A stretch of 64,000 bases of DNA from contig JAGAQU010000063.1 of NCBI GenBank assembly GCA_017622575.1, positions 16,304 through 80,303 on the forward strand, given 5' to 3'. Positions within the stretch are counted from its first letter, which is position 1; the number at the start of each line of letters is the position of its first letter. The notes below the pieces were generated by a model that saw only the letters and a list, made by a program, of their open reading frames with translations, ran no database searches and was not told the origin of the DNA. Shown in pieces: positions 20,083 through 29,319 of the stretch. Position numbers and translations under genes: made by a program. This DNA is from Lachnospiraceae bacterium (GTDB lineage: Bacteria; Bacillota; Clostridia; Lachnospirales; Lachnospiraceae).

Positions 20083-20847
20083 ATGATGAAGGAGACTTTA
20101 TATACGATTCCGCTGAACGATGCGGTGAATGCAAATGATGAATGCCCTTTCTGTTTTATTGAACGGGAAGTGGAACAGGATCTTCTTGATTTTGTGCTGG
20201 GAAGCGGCTCTTCTTATATGGAGAGCGATATCAGGGATGCAACGGACAAAGCCGGGTTTTGCAGAGAGCATTTTAAAAAGATGTTTGACTATGGAAACAC
20301 TCTTGGCAACGCATGGATCCTGAAAACCCATTATCGGAAAATGAACCGGGAGATGACAGAGCAGTTCAAAAACTTTACTCCGAACAAATCTTCCTTTATG
20401 GATAAGATGAAAAAGCCTGCAGGACATCGCAATCAGATCAGTATGTGGGTGGAGGAAAAAGAAAAATCCTGTTATATCTGTAATCGTTTTGCGGATACTT
20501 ATGAGAGATATATGGATACCTTTTTCTTCATGTATAAAAAAGATGACGATTTCAGAAACCGCATCAAAAACAGTAAGGGCTTCTGCCTGCATCATTTCGG
20601 AGACCTTTGTGAGGCCTCCGAGACAAGACTGAATGACAAGGAGAAGAAGGAATTCTATGCAGCCATGTTTGAACTGATGGAAAAAAATATGGCCCGCCTT
20701 CAGGAGGATGTGGACTGGCTGGTAGAGAAGTTTGATTATCGGAATAAGGACGCAGACTGGAAAAATTCAAAGGATGCCGTCCAGAGAGGTATGCAGAAGC
20801 TTAAGGGAGGTTATCCTGCAGACCCTGTGTACAAGATGAATAAATAA
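20083..20847 (+). CDS. Cys-rich hypothetical protein (possibly the DUF6062 family)
   Basis: 254 aa. Two CxxC...C..H-like clusters (CPFCF...FCREHF and CYICN...FCLHHF). The family name is from memory only. Confidence 0.5.
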   Translation: MMKETLYTIPLNDAVNANDECPFCFIEREVEQDLLDFVLGSGSSYMESDIRDATDKAGFCREHFKKMFDYGNTLGNAWILKTHYRKMNREMTEQFKNFTPNKSSFMDKMKKPAGHRNQISMWVEEKEKSCYICNRFADTYERYMDTFFFMYKKDDDFRNRIKNSKGFCLHHFGDLCEASETRLNDKEKKEFYAAMFELMEKNMARLQEDVDWLVEKFDYRNKDADWKNSKDAVQRGMQKLKGGYPADPVYKMNK

Positions 20848-21296
20848 TAAATAAAGCCAAGCACCCAGCTGGTGAAGATACCATACAGAATGACAGGTCC
20901 GGCAATGGTAAAGATTTTGCAACCGATGCCAAAGACCTGTCCTTCTTTTTGGTATTCGATGGCAGGTGAGGCAACGGAATTGGCAAACCCGGTAATGGGG
21001 ACGAGAGCACCGGCGCCTCCGAATTTTACGATAGAGGGATAAATATTAAAGCCGGTCAGAAGAACACTTAAAAGGACCAGAATAAGGGAACAGAAGCTTC
21101 CGGCCATCTCCTTGTCCATGGCAAGCGTATTTTTTGCAAAATTCAGCAGAAACTGACCGATCACGCAGATGATACCGCCTACAAGGAAGGCGCGAAGCAT
21201 CTGCATCCAAAGGTTGTGGGTGGGAGTGACCTTTTTCACATATTCTGCATAATCTTTTTCCAGTGAAAGCTGTTCCGGTGATTTCTTTTCTTCCAT
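20811..21296 (-). CDS. spoVAC: stage V sporulation protein AC
   Basis: 161 aa. Membrane protein with the characteristic LRAFLVGGIICVIGQ and FGGAGALVPITGFANS segments. Confidence 0.85.
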   Translation of the reverse strand: MEEKKSPEQLSLEKDYAEYVKKVTPTHNLWMQMLRAFLVGGIICVIGQFLLNFAKNTLAMDKEMAGSFCSLILVLLSVLLTGFNIYPSIVKFGGAGALVPITGFANSVASPAIEYQKEGQVFGIGCKIFTIAGPVILYGIFTSWVLGFIYYLFILYTGSAG

Positions 21297-21337
21297 AATG
21301 TTTTCCTTTCTGTTTTTGTTAGGGTGATCTATAGAAA

Positions 21338-21366
21338 AAGTGTTTCCGAATCCTTCGATTTTATGC
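21338..21366 (-). promoter_or_regulatory. forespore-type (sigma-F/G-like) promoter candidate for spoVAC
   Basis: Minus strand reads GCATA, 14 nt, GGAAACACTT. The -10-like element ends about 40 nt upstream of the start codon. The same architecture occurs at spoVAD and spoVAE. Confidence 0.45.
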
Positions 21367-21484
21367 AGGATCTCAATTTGAAAATTAAGTTTAAATTAAG
21401 CCTTTTTGAAAGACCCTCTTCTTGTGAAATGCAGAGGGGAATGATACAATAAAATAGAATCATACAAATGAAAGTTGGATCGTT

Positions 21485-22861
21485 ATGGTGAGTTTTGCAG
21501 GCCTTACATTTATTTTTCGGTTTCTCCCGATTTTTCTGATCATATATTATGTGGTTCCTTCCAGATATAAAGATATGGTGCTCCTTTTTGGAAGCTATAT
21601 CTTTTATGCGGTTGGGGACCCTTATTTTATTGTGTTATTGATTTTTCTGACTTTGCTCAACTATTTTGTGGGCAAAAAAATGAAAGGGCTGGCGGAAGGC
21701 TTTGAGATTCATGATTGGCAGAAAATAAAACAAAAAAAACTGTTGATCGCAATCGTTGCCATGGACATATGCGTGCTTGTTCTTTTTAAAGGACTCAGCA
21801 CTTTTGTGGACAATTCTCTTCTCCCGCTGGGAATCAGCTTTTATCTATTTAAGATGATTTCTTATCAGGCGGATCTGTACCGGGGAGAAATTTGGGAGAA
21901 GCCGGATTTTAAAGAAACGGCGCTCTATTTTTCCCTGTTTCCGCAGGTGGTTTCCGGTCCTATCATGCGTTATAACGAGGGAGAATGCGGAGAAAAGAGA
22001 AGCTATTCGCCGGAACAGTTTGAAGACGGTCTCAAGTATTTTGCTGCTGGATTGGGTATGAAGGTGCTTCTGGCAGATAAACTGGCGATTTTGTGGAATG
22101 ATCTGCAGATGATCGGGTTCCGGAGCATTTCAACGCCCCTTGCATGGCTTGGCGCGGCGGGGTATTCTCTGCAGCTTTATTTTGATTTTTGGGGATATTC
22201 CCTGATGTCCTCGGGACTGCTTGTTATGCTGGGATTTGATTTTATAGAAAATTTTCATCATCCTTACGCGTCCAGAAGCATCGGAGAATTTTACAGAAGA
22301 TGGCATATGACGCTGGGAAGCTTTTTTCGGGATTATGTCTATATTCCCATGGGAGGCAGCAGATGCCGAAGGAGCAGGCTGGTGTTTAATCTGGCCGTGG
22401 TGTGGGTCCTTACGGGTATCTGGCACGGCAATGGTTTCAATTTTGTGCTCTGGGGACTTATTCTGGGAATCCTGATCATACTGGAAAAGCTTTTTTACGG
22501 CAAAAAACTGAGCAGTATTCCGGTGCTGGGGAATTTATATGTACTTCTTTTAATTCCACTTTCCTGGGTGGTGTTTGCCATTACGGATTTAAAGCAGCTG
22601 GGAATCTATTTCGGCAGGCTGTTCCCTTTTATCGGAGGAGCAGGCGTTGCAGTCAATGCCCAGGATATCGTAAAATATTTGCAGGATTACGGAATCTTTT
22701 TTGCGGCAGGAATTCTGCTCTGCATTCCGGCAGTGTTTGACTTTTTGGAAAAGCACAGAAAAAACCCACTGGTGATTCTTTTGCTTTTTATTGTATTCTG
22801 GTGCTGTGTTTATTTTTTGTCCTGCAGTGAGGGGAATCCCTTTATGTACCTTAAATTCTGA
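21485..22861 (+). CDS. MBOAT family O-acyltransferase (AlgI/DltB/PatA-like)
   Basis: 458 aa. Polytopic protein with the conserved region FYRRWHMTLGSFFRDYVYIPMGG and the WHG histidine motif. Confidence 0.85.
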   Translation: MVSFAGLTFIFRFLPIFLIIYYVVPSRYKDMVLLFGSYIFYAVGDPYFIVLLIFLTLLNYFVGKKMKGLAEGFEIHDWQKIKQKKLLIAIVAMDICVLVLFKGLSTFVDNSLLPLGISFYLFKMISYQADLYRGEIWEKPDFKETALYFSLFPQVVSGPIMRYNEGECGEKRSYSPEQFEDGLKYFAAGLGMKVLLADKLAILWNDLQMIGFRSISTPLAWLGAAGYSLQLYFDFWGYSLMSSGLLVMLGFDFIENFHHPYASRSIGEFYRRWHMTLGSFFRDYVYIPMGGSRCRRSRLVFNLAVVWVLTGIWHGNGFNFVLWGLILGILIILEKLFYGKKLSSIPVLGNLYVLLLIPLSWVVFAITDLKQLGIYFGRLFPFIGGAGVAVNAQDIVKYLQDYGIFFAAGILLCIPAVFDFLEKHRKNPLVILLLFIVFWCCVYFLSCSEGNPFMYLKF

Positions 22862-22880
22862 TAAGGGGAGAGGTGAAAAA

Positions 22881-23951
22881 ATGAAGTTTATCAAACAGAG
22901 TCCGCTTTTTCTGCTTTTGCTTGTTTCAGGATTTTTGCTTACCCTGATCGCAATCGTGGGAAAAGATAATATATATGATGAGCAGGAGTATGATCCGTTA
23001 AAGGCGCCGCTCCTTTCTGTGGTCTTTACCGGTATCAATGAGAATTTGTATCCATGGCAGCTGCTTCAGAGTAAGGAGGAGACAGAGGTCATGGCAGAGA
23101 TAGAATCAGGGGCAGAGGATGAAAGCAATGAGCCGGCTGCCGGATCACCCGAAGTGACGAAAGCAGAACCGTCACCGGAAGCCTCTCTGAAACCATCTGC
23201 AGCACCGTCCTCTTCTCCGGCGGCGGTCCCGACGAATGCACCCGATCCTACACCGGTTCCTTACGGAGAAGAAAGACCTGCTCCCCTGCGGGAGAGCACG
23301 GAGGAGGAATACCTGAACCACATTTCAGCTGATATTTACGGGGATGTGGGTATTCTGAAAGCCGCTACCTATGATTTTGTCACGGTGGATGAGAGCTACT
23401 TTGATGATGCTCTTTTTATCGGTGATTCCAGAACAGTGGGACTTCGTGATTACACGGATCTTTCGGAACATGCGGATTTTTACTGCGAGACCTCACTTAC
23501 CATTTATAAGGTGATGGAGGAAAACTTTAAGGGGCTTGGCACCATTGAGGAAGCCCTTGGGGCAAAGGATTACGGAAAAATATACATCATGGTCGGAATC
23601 AATGAGCTGGGGCGAGGCACCACGGAAGACTTTATGGCAAAGTATACGGAAGTGGTGGACCGGCTTCATGAGCTGGAACCGGAAGCAAAGATCATAATTC
23701 AGGGTATTATGAGGGTGTCCGGTGAAAAGAGTGAAAGCGATGCAATTTTCAACAACAGCAATATCAATGCAAGAAATCGCGCGATTGCTACGCTGGCAGA
23801 CAATGAAACAATCTTTTATATTGATGTGAATGAAGTGGTATGTGATGAGGAAGGAAATCTGAACGGGGACTACACCTTTGACCAGATTCATCTGCTGGGT
23901 GTCTATGATGATCTTTGGAAACAGTTCCTGTTATCGCATGGCATAGAATAA
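22881..23951 (+). CDS. membrane-anchored SGNH/GDSL-like hydrolase (partner of the MBOAT protein)
   Basis: Start at MKFIKQ with GAGAGG upstream. Signal-anchor helix, a Pro/Ser/Ala-rich linker, FIGDSRTVGL (block I Ser) and a C-terminal DQIHL (Asp-x-x-His). Confidence 0.7.
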   Translation: MKFIKQSPLFLLLLVSGFLLTLIAIVGKDNIYDEQEYDPLKAPLLSVVFTGINENLYPWQLLQSKEETEVMAEIESGAEDESNEPAAGSPEVTKAEPSPEASLKPSAAPSSSPAAVPTNAPDPTPVPYGEERPAPLRESTEEEYLNHISADIYGDVGILKAATYDFVTVDESYFDDALFIGDSRTVGLRDYTDLSEHADFYCETSLTIYKVMEENFKGLGTIEEALGAKDYGKIYIMVGINELGRGTTEDFMAKYTEVVDRLHELEPEAKIIIQGIMRVSGEKSESDAIFNNSNINARNRAIATLADNETIFYIDVNEVVCDEEGNLNGDYTFDQIHLLGVYDDLWKQFLLSHGIE

Positions 23952-23966
23952 AGGGGATGACAGATC

Positions 23967-25337
23967 ATGGACAATGAAAAGGAATATTTGGAATTCAGAC
24001 TGGGAAGACTGGGAAGGTTGATGCCGCTCATTACGGCGGCAGGAATCATTCTTTTTGCGGCATTTCATCAGTCTAATGTGAACGGATACGTGGCTGCATT
24101 CTTTGCTGCGCTGATCACAGGAGTGATCTTTGTAAAAGATGATAAGGCATATGGCGAGGCAATCGTGAAAGGACTTGGCAAGCCCATGTTTGGCGTGATT
24201 GTGCTTGCAGTGATACTGGCTGCAATTTCAGGAAAACTGATTTCCGGAAGCGGTCTGGTACAGACGTTGGCTGCCTATGTAGTGGCTGCGGGATTTACGG
24301 GGAAACTGTTTGTGGCGGCAACATTCCTGATCACCTGTCTTCTGGCTTTCTCAACGGGAACCTCGGTAGGAACATATTTTGTGGTGATCCCTATTTTATT
24401 TCCGGTGGGAGTGATGGCAGGAGTGGAACCAAGGTTTATGATCGGCGCCATTGTGTCGGGAGCAGCGTTTGGGGATAACCTGGGTCCGATTTCCGATACT
24501 ACGATTGCATCCTCAAGCACACAGGAGGCAGAGCTTGGACGGGTGGTAAAAACAAGAACCAGATACAGTCTTCCGGCAGCGGCGGGCGCGATGCTCCTGT
24601 TTTTGCTCTTTTCAAAGACAAGGGAGAGCGGAGCTGTTATTGAGGCAACTGGCGGTACAGAGATGAAACCCTTAAGCCTTGTCATGCTGGTCGTTCCGGT
24701 TACCATTATCGTGCTGTGTCTTCTCAGAAAACACCTGATTACTGCATTGTCCTACGGTATTTTGGCGGGCATCGTCACAGGGCTTGTTTTCGGAATTTAT
24801 CGGCCAGCAGATCTGCTTGCCTTTCCCGGTGGATTTTCGGTATCAGGACTTTTGGTGGACGGGATCCTGGGAACAGCGGGAACGGCAGCAATGCTGATTG
24901 CTGCCTTTGCCCTGCTTGGGGTCCTGGAAGCAGGAGGGCTGTTTGAAGATGTCCGGAAGCTTCTTCATAAAATAGCAAAAAGTGAAGCCGGAGCAGAAAC
25001 TGCGATCGTGCTTTCCACGGGAATTTTGAGCATGATCACGGGAGTGATTTCTGTTGCCATCGTGGCTCTCGGTGATCTGGTCAATGAAGTGGGGCAGAAG
25101 GCAGGGGTAGACCGCTACCGCAGAGCAAACCTTCTTGATTGTACAGGCTGTGTATTCTGTTTTCTTGCTCCATGGACAGTGCACTGTGTGATTCCTGCCC
25201 AGCTTTCGGCACAATTCGGCGAGGAATTTACTGTGGCTCCGGCCTCCATTCCACTGGTGAATTATTATTCCATCTGTATGTTGGTGATTCTGGTTGTCAG
25301 TATCATCACAGGGTATGGGAGAGAAAAGAAAAATTAG
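23967..25337 (+). CDS. NhaC-type Na+/H+ antiporter family protein
   Basis: 456 aa. Polytopic protein with a GPISDTTIASS motif. Confidence 0.7.
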   Translation: MDNEKEYLEFRLGRLGRLMPLITAAGIILFAAFHQSNVNGYVAAFFAALITGVIFVKDDKAYGEAIVKGLGKPMFGVIVLAVILAAISGKLISGSGLVQTLAAYVVAAGFTGKLFVAATFLITCLLAFSTGTSVGTYFVVIPILFPVGVMAGVEPRFMIGAIVSGAAFGDNLGPISDTTIASSSTQEAELGRVVKTRTRYSLPAAAGAMLLFLLFSKTRESGAVIEATGGTEMKPLSLVMLVVPVTIIVLCLLRKHLITALSYGILAGIVTGLVFGIYRPADLLAFPGGFSVSGLLVDGILGTAGTAAMLIAAFALLGVLEAGGLFEDVRKLLHKIAKSEAGAETAIVLSTGILSMITGVISVAIVALGDLVNEVGQKAGVDRYRRANLLDCTGCVFCFLAPWTVHCVIPAQLSAQFGEEFTVAPASIPLVNYYSICMLVILVVSIITGYGREKKN

Positions 25338-25359
25338 AATTAAAATACTTCAAAACCTT

Positions 25360-25388
25360 GCATAAATACCTCCGGACGGGAAAAACTA
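25360..25388 (+). promoter_or_regulatory. forespore-type (sigma-F/G-like) promoter candidate for spoVAD
   Basis: GCATA, 14 nt, GGAAAAACTA, located 30 nt upstream of ATG 25419. Confidence 0.45.
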
Positions 25389-25418
25389 ACCAAAAGTAAA
25401 TTCGTCTGGAGGTTTTTT

Positions 25419-26456
25419 ATGGACAATAATAATGGGGCAATTTTTGAGCAGGGAAAGCAGAGTATTAAAATACCGGTACCGGTTTATATAAGGGCAAGTG
25501 CCAGTGTGGTCGGAAGCAAAGAAGGTCAGGGACCCTTTGGAGATCTGTTTGATATGGTGGGAGTGGACGATAAGTTCGGCTGTGATTCCTGGGAAAAGGC
25601 GGAGAGTACTTTGCAGAAGGAGGCTCTTCAGCTTGCCATCGGAAAAGCGGGACTTGTGAATGAAGATATTCGATTTTTGTTTGCAGGCGACCTTCTTGGT
25701 CAGTGCATTGCCAGCAACTTTGGGCTTGGCTCTTTTCAGATACCGCTGATGGGAATGTATGGGGCCTGCTCCACCTGTGGACTTACCCTCTCGGCATCGG
25801 CAATCGTGATCGCCGGAGGAATGGCACAGTATGCGGCCTGTGTGACCTCCAGTCATTTTGCCAGTGCGGAAAAGGAATTCCGCTTTCCGCTTGCCTATGG
25901 CAACCAGAGACCTCTCTCTGCCACCTGGACGGTGACGGGAAGCGGCGCTTTTGTTGTAAGCAGTGTAAAAAGTGAACATGACAGAGCCATGATTGCAGGG
26001 CTTACTGTTGGGAAGATCATGGATTTCGGATTGAAGGATTCCATGAATATGGGAGCCTGCATGGCCCCTGCGGCAGCTGATACCATTTATAATCATCTCA
26101 TGGATTTTGGCAGAAAACCTTCTGATTATGATAAGATCATCACAGGAGATTTAGGAAGTGTAGGGCGCAAGGTGCTACTTGATATGCTGAAGGAAAAAGG
26201 AATGGACATCGAGAAACAACATATGGACTGCGGAATCGAGATTTACGATCAGAGCCAGGATGCCCATGCGGGTGGCTCCGGCTGCGGGTGCAGTGCGGTC
26301 ACGCTGTCTGCCTATATCCTAAAGCAGCTTGAGGAAGGAACATGGAAAAGGGTGTTGTTTGTACCTACCGGTGCGCTGCTCAGCAAGACGAGCTTCAATG
26401 AAGGTCAGAGCATTCCGGGGATCGCACATGGAGTGGAACTTGTGAGCTGTAAATAA
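25419..26456 (+). CDS. spoVAD: stage V sporulation protein AD
   Basis: 345 aa. Thiolase-like fold with typical SpoVAD length and segments (GSKEGQGPFGDLFD, GACSTCG). Confidence 0.85.
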   Translation: MDNNNGAIFEQGKQSIKIPVPVYIRASASVVGSKEGQGPFGDLFDMVGVDDKFGCDSWEKAESTLQKEALQLAIGKAGLVNEDIRFLFAGDLLGQCIASNFGLGSFQIPLMGMYGACSTCGLTLSASAIVIAGGMAQYAACVTSSHFASAEKEFRFPLAYGNQRPLSATWTVTGSGAFVVSSVKSEHDRAMIAGLTVGKIMDFGLKDSMNMGACMAPAAADTIYNHLMDFGRKPSDYDKIITGDLGSVGRKVLLDMLKEKGMDIEKQHMDCGIEIYDQSQDAHAGGSGCGCSAVTLSAYILKQLEEGTWKRVLFVPTGALLSKTSFNEGQSIPGIAHGVELVSCK

Positions 26457-26463
26457 AAAATGC

Positions 26464-26492
26464 TTGCAATTATTTTAACGAAATGTTAACAT
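26464..26492 (+). promoter_or_regulatory. sigma-A type promoter upstream of the symporter leader
   Basis: TTGCAA, 17-nt spacer, TAACAT, with TGT just upstream of the -10 element. Confidence 0.5.
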
Positions 26493-26572
26493 TTAATAAA
26501 ATGAAGCAGTGTTCACGAAGAAGTGATACCGGAGAGGCTTATGACTTCATGCGTGAGACTAGGGATAAATAG

Positions 26573-26601
26573 GCAGATAATCTTCGGGTTATCTGCTTTT
26601 T
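26573..26601 (+). terminator. leader (attenuator) terminator 20 nt upstream of the symporter start codon
   Basis: GCAGATAATC / GGTTATCTGC 10-bp stem with a TTCG loop, followed by TTTTT. It lies between the candidate promoter and the RBS. Confidence 0.7.
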
Positions 26602-26620
26602 ATATGAAGGAGGAGTACAA

Positions 26621-28108
26621 ATGATAGAAGCTATCACCAGTATCAACAGTGCCGTCAACGGCGTCGTATGGGGAGTCTTTGGAATTTCCCTTCTGTTCAT
26701 TGCAGGTATTGTAATGACAATCGTAAACAAAGGATTTCAGTTCGGACATATCGGACATTGGATGAAATCCACTATCGGAGCTATTTTTTCAGACAAACAC
26801 ATTACAAAGCATACAGGGAAGGATGACAGAGCGATTTCCCAGTTCCAGAGTCTTTGCACGGCGCTTGCGGCTACCATCGGAACGGGAAATATCGTAGGTA
26901 TCGCAACTGCTATCATTGCCGGCGGTCCCGGTGCTATTTTCTGGATGTGGATCATGGCAATCTTCGGAATGATGACCAACTATTCCGAAAATGTACTCGG
27001 TATTTTTTATCGCCGCAAAAATGACAAAGGTGAATGGTGCGGCGGCGCCATGTATTACCTGAGAGACGGTCTTGGAGCGAAAAAGGGCTGTAAGAAGATC
27101 GGTGCGGTTCTGGCTGTGCTTTTCAGCTGCTTCTGTGTACTGGCAAGCTTTGGTATCGGCAATATGAGCCAGACTAATTCCATCGCCGGTAATATGAATT
27201 CTGCGTTTGGTATCCCTATCTGGGTGACAGGTATCTTTATTGTAATCCTTTCAGCACTTGTGATTCTGGGCGGATTAAAGAGAGTGGCTGCCGTAACGGA
27301 GAAACTGGTACCTTTTATGGCAGTTCTTTATGTGATCGGTGCACTGGTTGTCTGCATTTCCCATATCGGTATGTTTGGTGAAGTATTTACCGCAATATTT
27401 AAGGGCGCTTTCGGCATGAAGGCTGTAGGCGGCGGTGTCCTCGGATACGGTATCAATATGGCGATCACCTGGGGCTTTAAGAGAGGCGCTTTCTCAAATG
27501 AAGCCGGTCTTGGTTCCTCTGTTATGGTTCACTCAAACTCCAACGTAAAGGAGCCGGTTCGCCAGGGTATGTGGGGTATCTTTGAGGTATTTGCAGACAC
27601 CATCGTTGTTTGCTCCCTGACAGCATTTGCAATTCTTTCTTCCGGTCTTGTTGATCTGGAAACCGGAAAAATGATTTCCGAGAATGCCGGTTCCGGACTT
27701 GTGGGTGAAGCCTTCGCTACTGTATTTGGTTCCATCGGACCTAAATTTATCGCGATTGCGATTCTGCTCTTCGCTTATTCCACCGTGCTTGGCTGGAGCC
27801 ATTATGGATCCAAGGCTTTTGAATTCTTATTCGGCACGAAAGCAATGGTGGTATACAAGGTGGTATTTATTGTCGTAACATTCTTTGGCTGTACCATGAG
27901 TCTCAGCCTCGCGTGGGATTTGTCCGATACCTTCAACGGCTTGATGATGATCCCCAACCTGATCGGTGTGCTGGCTCTATCAGGAACCGTTGCAAAGATC
28001 ACAAAGAATTATGTGGACCGTACTTTCCACGGCTCAAAGGAAGAACCTATGTATTCCGCTTTTGAGGATGTACAGAAGGCACAGATGGAGGCATCTGAAG
28101 AGGAGTAG
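26621..28108 (+). CDS. alanine/glycine:cation symporter (AGCS) family protein
   Basis: 495 aa. Signature ATIGTGNIVGIATAIIAGGPGAIFWMW. Confidence 0.9.
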   Translation: MIEAITSINSAVNGVVWGVFGISLLFIAGIVMTIVNKGFQFGHIGHWMKSTIGAIFSDKHITKHTGKDDRAISQFQSLCTALAATIGTGNIVGIATAIIAGGPGAIFWMWIMAIFGMMTNYSENVLGIFYRRKNDKGEWCGGAMYYLRDGLGAKKGCKKIGAVLAVLFSCFCVLASFGIGNMSQTNSIAGNMNSAFGIPIWVTGIFIVILSALVILGGLKRVAAVTEKLVPFMAVLYVIGALVVCISHIGMFGEVFTAIFKGAFGMKAVGGGVLGYGINMAITWGFKRGAFSNEAGLGSSVMVHSNSNVKEPVRQGMWGIFEVFADTIVVCSLTAFAILSSGLVDLETGKMISENAGSGLVGEAFATVFGSIGPKFIAIAILLFAYSTVLGWSHYGSKAFEFLFGTKAMVVYKVVFIVVTFFGCTMSLSLAWDLSDTFNGLMMIPNLIGVLALSGTVAKITKNYVDRTFHGSKEEPMYSAFEDVQKAQMEASEEE

Positions 28109-28212
28109 CCCCCTGTATATAAACAGAATCAAATGGAAAGCAATAAGTAAGATGGAATATTCCGGGAAAATGTGTTATAGTTAAGGAACGAACAGTCGGG
28201 AGTGATCAAAAC

Positions 28213-29289
28213 TTGAAAAAAACACTGAAACGAATCGGAATTGCTGTTGCCGTTTTGCTTATTGCTTTTTTTGCTTATGCGGCGTATGTATTCGGCACCT
28301 ATTACAGACTACCGGATAAGCTGACATTGGAGGTGATGCGCAATGGTTCCAATTCCTATTTTGAAAATGAAAAGAAGGTTGAAACCGGCAAATATTACTG
28401 GATCATGACCTATAATATAGGCTACGGCGCTTTTCGAAAAGACTACAGCTTTTTTATGGATGGGGGCAAATCGGCGTGGGCAGAGGATGAAGAGAGTGTG
28501 ATGGCCGGGATCTGCGGTATGGGAGAGATCATCAATAATGTCAATCCGGATTTTGTGCTTATGCAGGAAGTGGATGTGGACGGCACCAGGTCTTATCATG
28601 TAGATGAGCTTGCACTGATGAATCAGTTTGTGAAGGGATATTACTATACCTATGCCCAGAATTACGATTCGCCGTTTCTGTTTTTCCCGCCATGGCAACC
28701 GATTGGTGCCAATAAGTCAGGAATTGTGACTTATTCCAGGAATGGCATCGCTGATGCCATGAGAAGGAGCCTTCCCATTTCCGAAACCTTCAGTAAGCTG
28801 GTGGACCTCGACAGGTGTTATTCGATAGCCAGAATTCCCATGGAGGAGGGAAAAAGCCTTTGCCTCTACAATATTCATATGTCTGCCTATGGCAGCAGCG
28901 ATGAGATTAGAGAAGGTCAGCTCTCCATGCTTTATGAAGATATGGAGGCTGATTACAGAAAAGGAAATTATGTAATCTGCGGCGGTGATTTTAATCATAA
29001 TTTGAAGGCAGACGGTGATGGAAACGTGCCGGAGTGGGCATATCCGTTTCCGAGGGAAAGCCTTCCTGCGGGCTTTCGTATGGCGATGGACAGTGCCAAG
29101 CCTGAGGATATTGTCCATAACAGCTGCAGAAATACGGACAAACCCTACGATGAGGAGTCATCTTATACCGTTACGCTGGACGGCTTTATTGTTTCTGATA
29201 ACGTGACGGTGAATTATTATACAAATATGAACTGGGGATATGAATTTTCCGACCATGATCCCGTGATCATGCAGTTCAGACTGGAATAG
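28213..29289 (+). CDS. membrane-anchored endonuclease/exonuclease/phosphatase (EEP) family protein
   Basis: TTG start. N-terminal TM helix and EEP motifs (LMQEVD, GGDFNH, SDHDPV). Confidence 0.7.
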   Translation: MKKTLKRIGIAVAVLLIAFFAYAAYVFGTYYRLPDKLTLEVMRNGSNSYFENEKKVETGKYYWIMTYNIGYGAFRKDYSFFMDGGKSAWAEDEESVMAGICGMGEIINNVNPDFVLMQEVDVDGTRSYHVDELALMNQFVKGYYYTYAQNYDSPFLFFPPWQPIGANKSGIVTYSRNGIADAMRRSLPISETFSKLVDLDRCYSIARIPMEEGKSLCLYNIHMSAYGSSDEIREGQLSMLYEDMEADYRKGNYVICGGDFNHNLKADGDGNVPEWAYPFPRESLPAGFRMAMDSAKPEDIVHNSCRNTDKPYDEESSYTVTLDGFIVSDNVTVNYYTNMNWGYEFSDHDPVIMQFRLE

Positions 29290-29319
29290 AAAAAAATTCT
29301 GTGCGCATAATAGTTCCAT

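Noticed and set aside
22791-22880. A longer version of the SGNH gene starting at 22791 and overlapping the MBOAT 3' end by 70 nt.
   Set aside because: The extension has no Shine-Dalgarno sequence and is in an alternative frame of the MBOAT gene. ATG 22881 has GAGAGG upstream and begins with a typical signal-anchor (MKFIKQSPLFLLLL).
26500-26572. A glycine riboswitch upstream of the alanine/glycine symporter.
   Set aside because: Only a GGAGAG box is present. I could not find the conserved ACCGAAGGGGCAA-like and CUCAGGCAAAAGGAC-like cores. The element is kept as an attenuator of unknown class.
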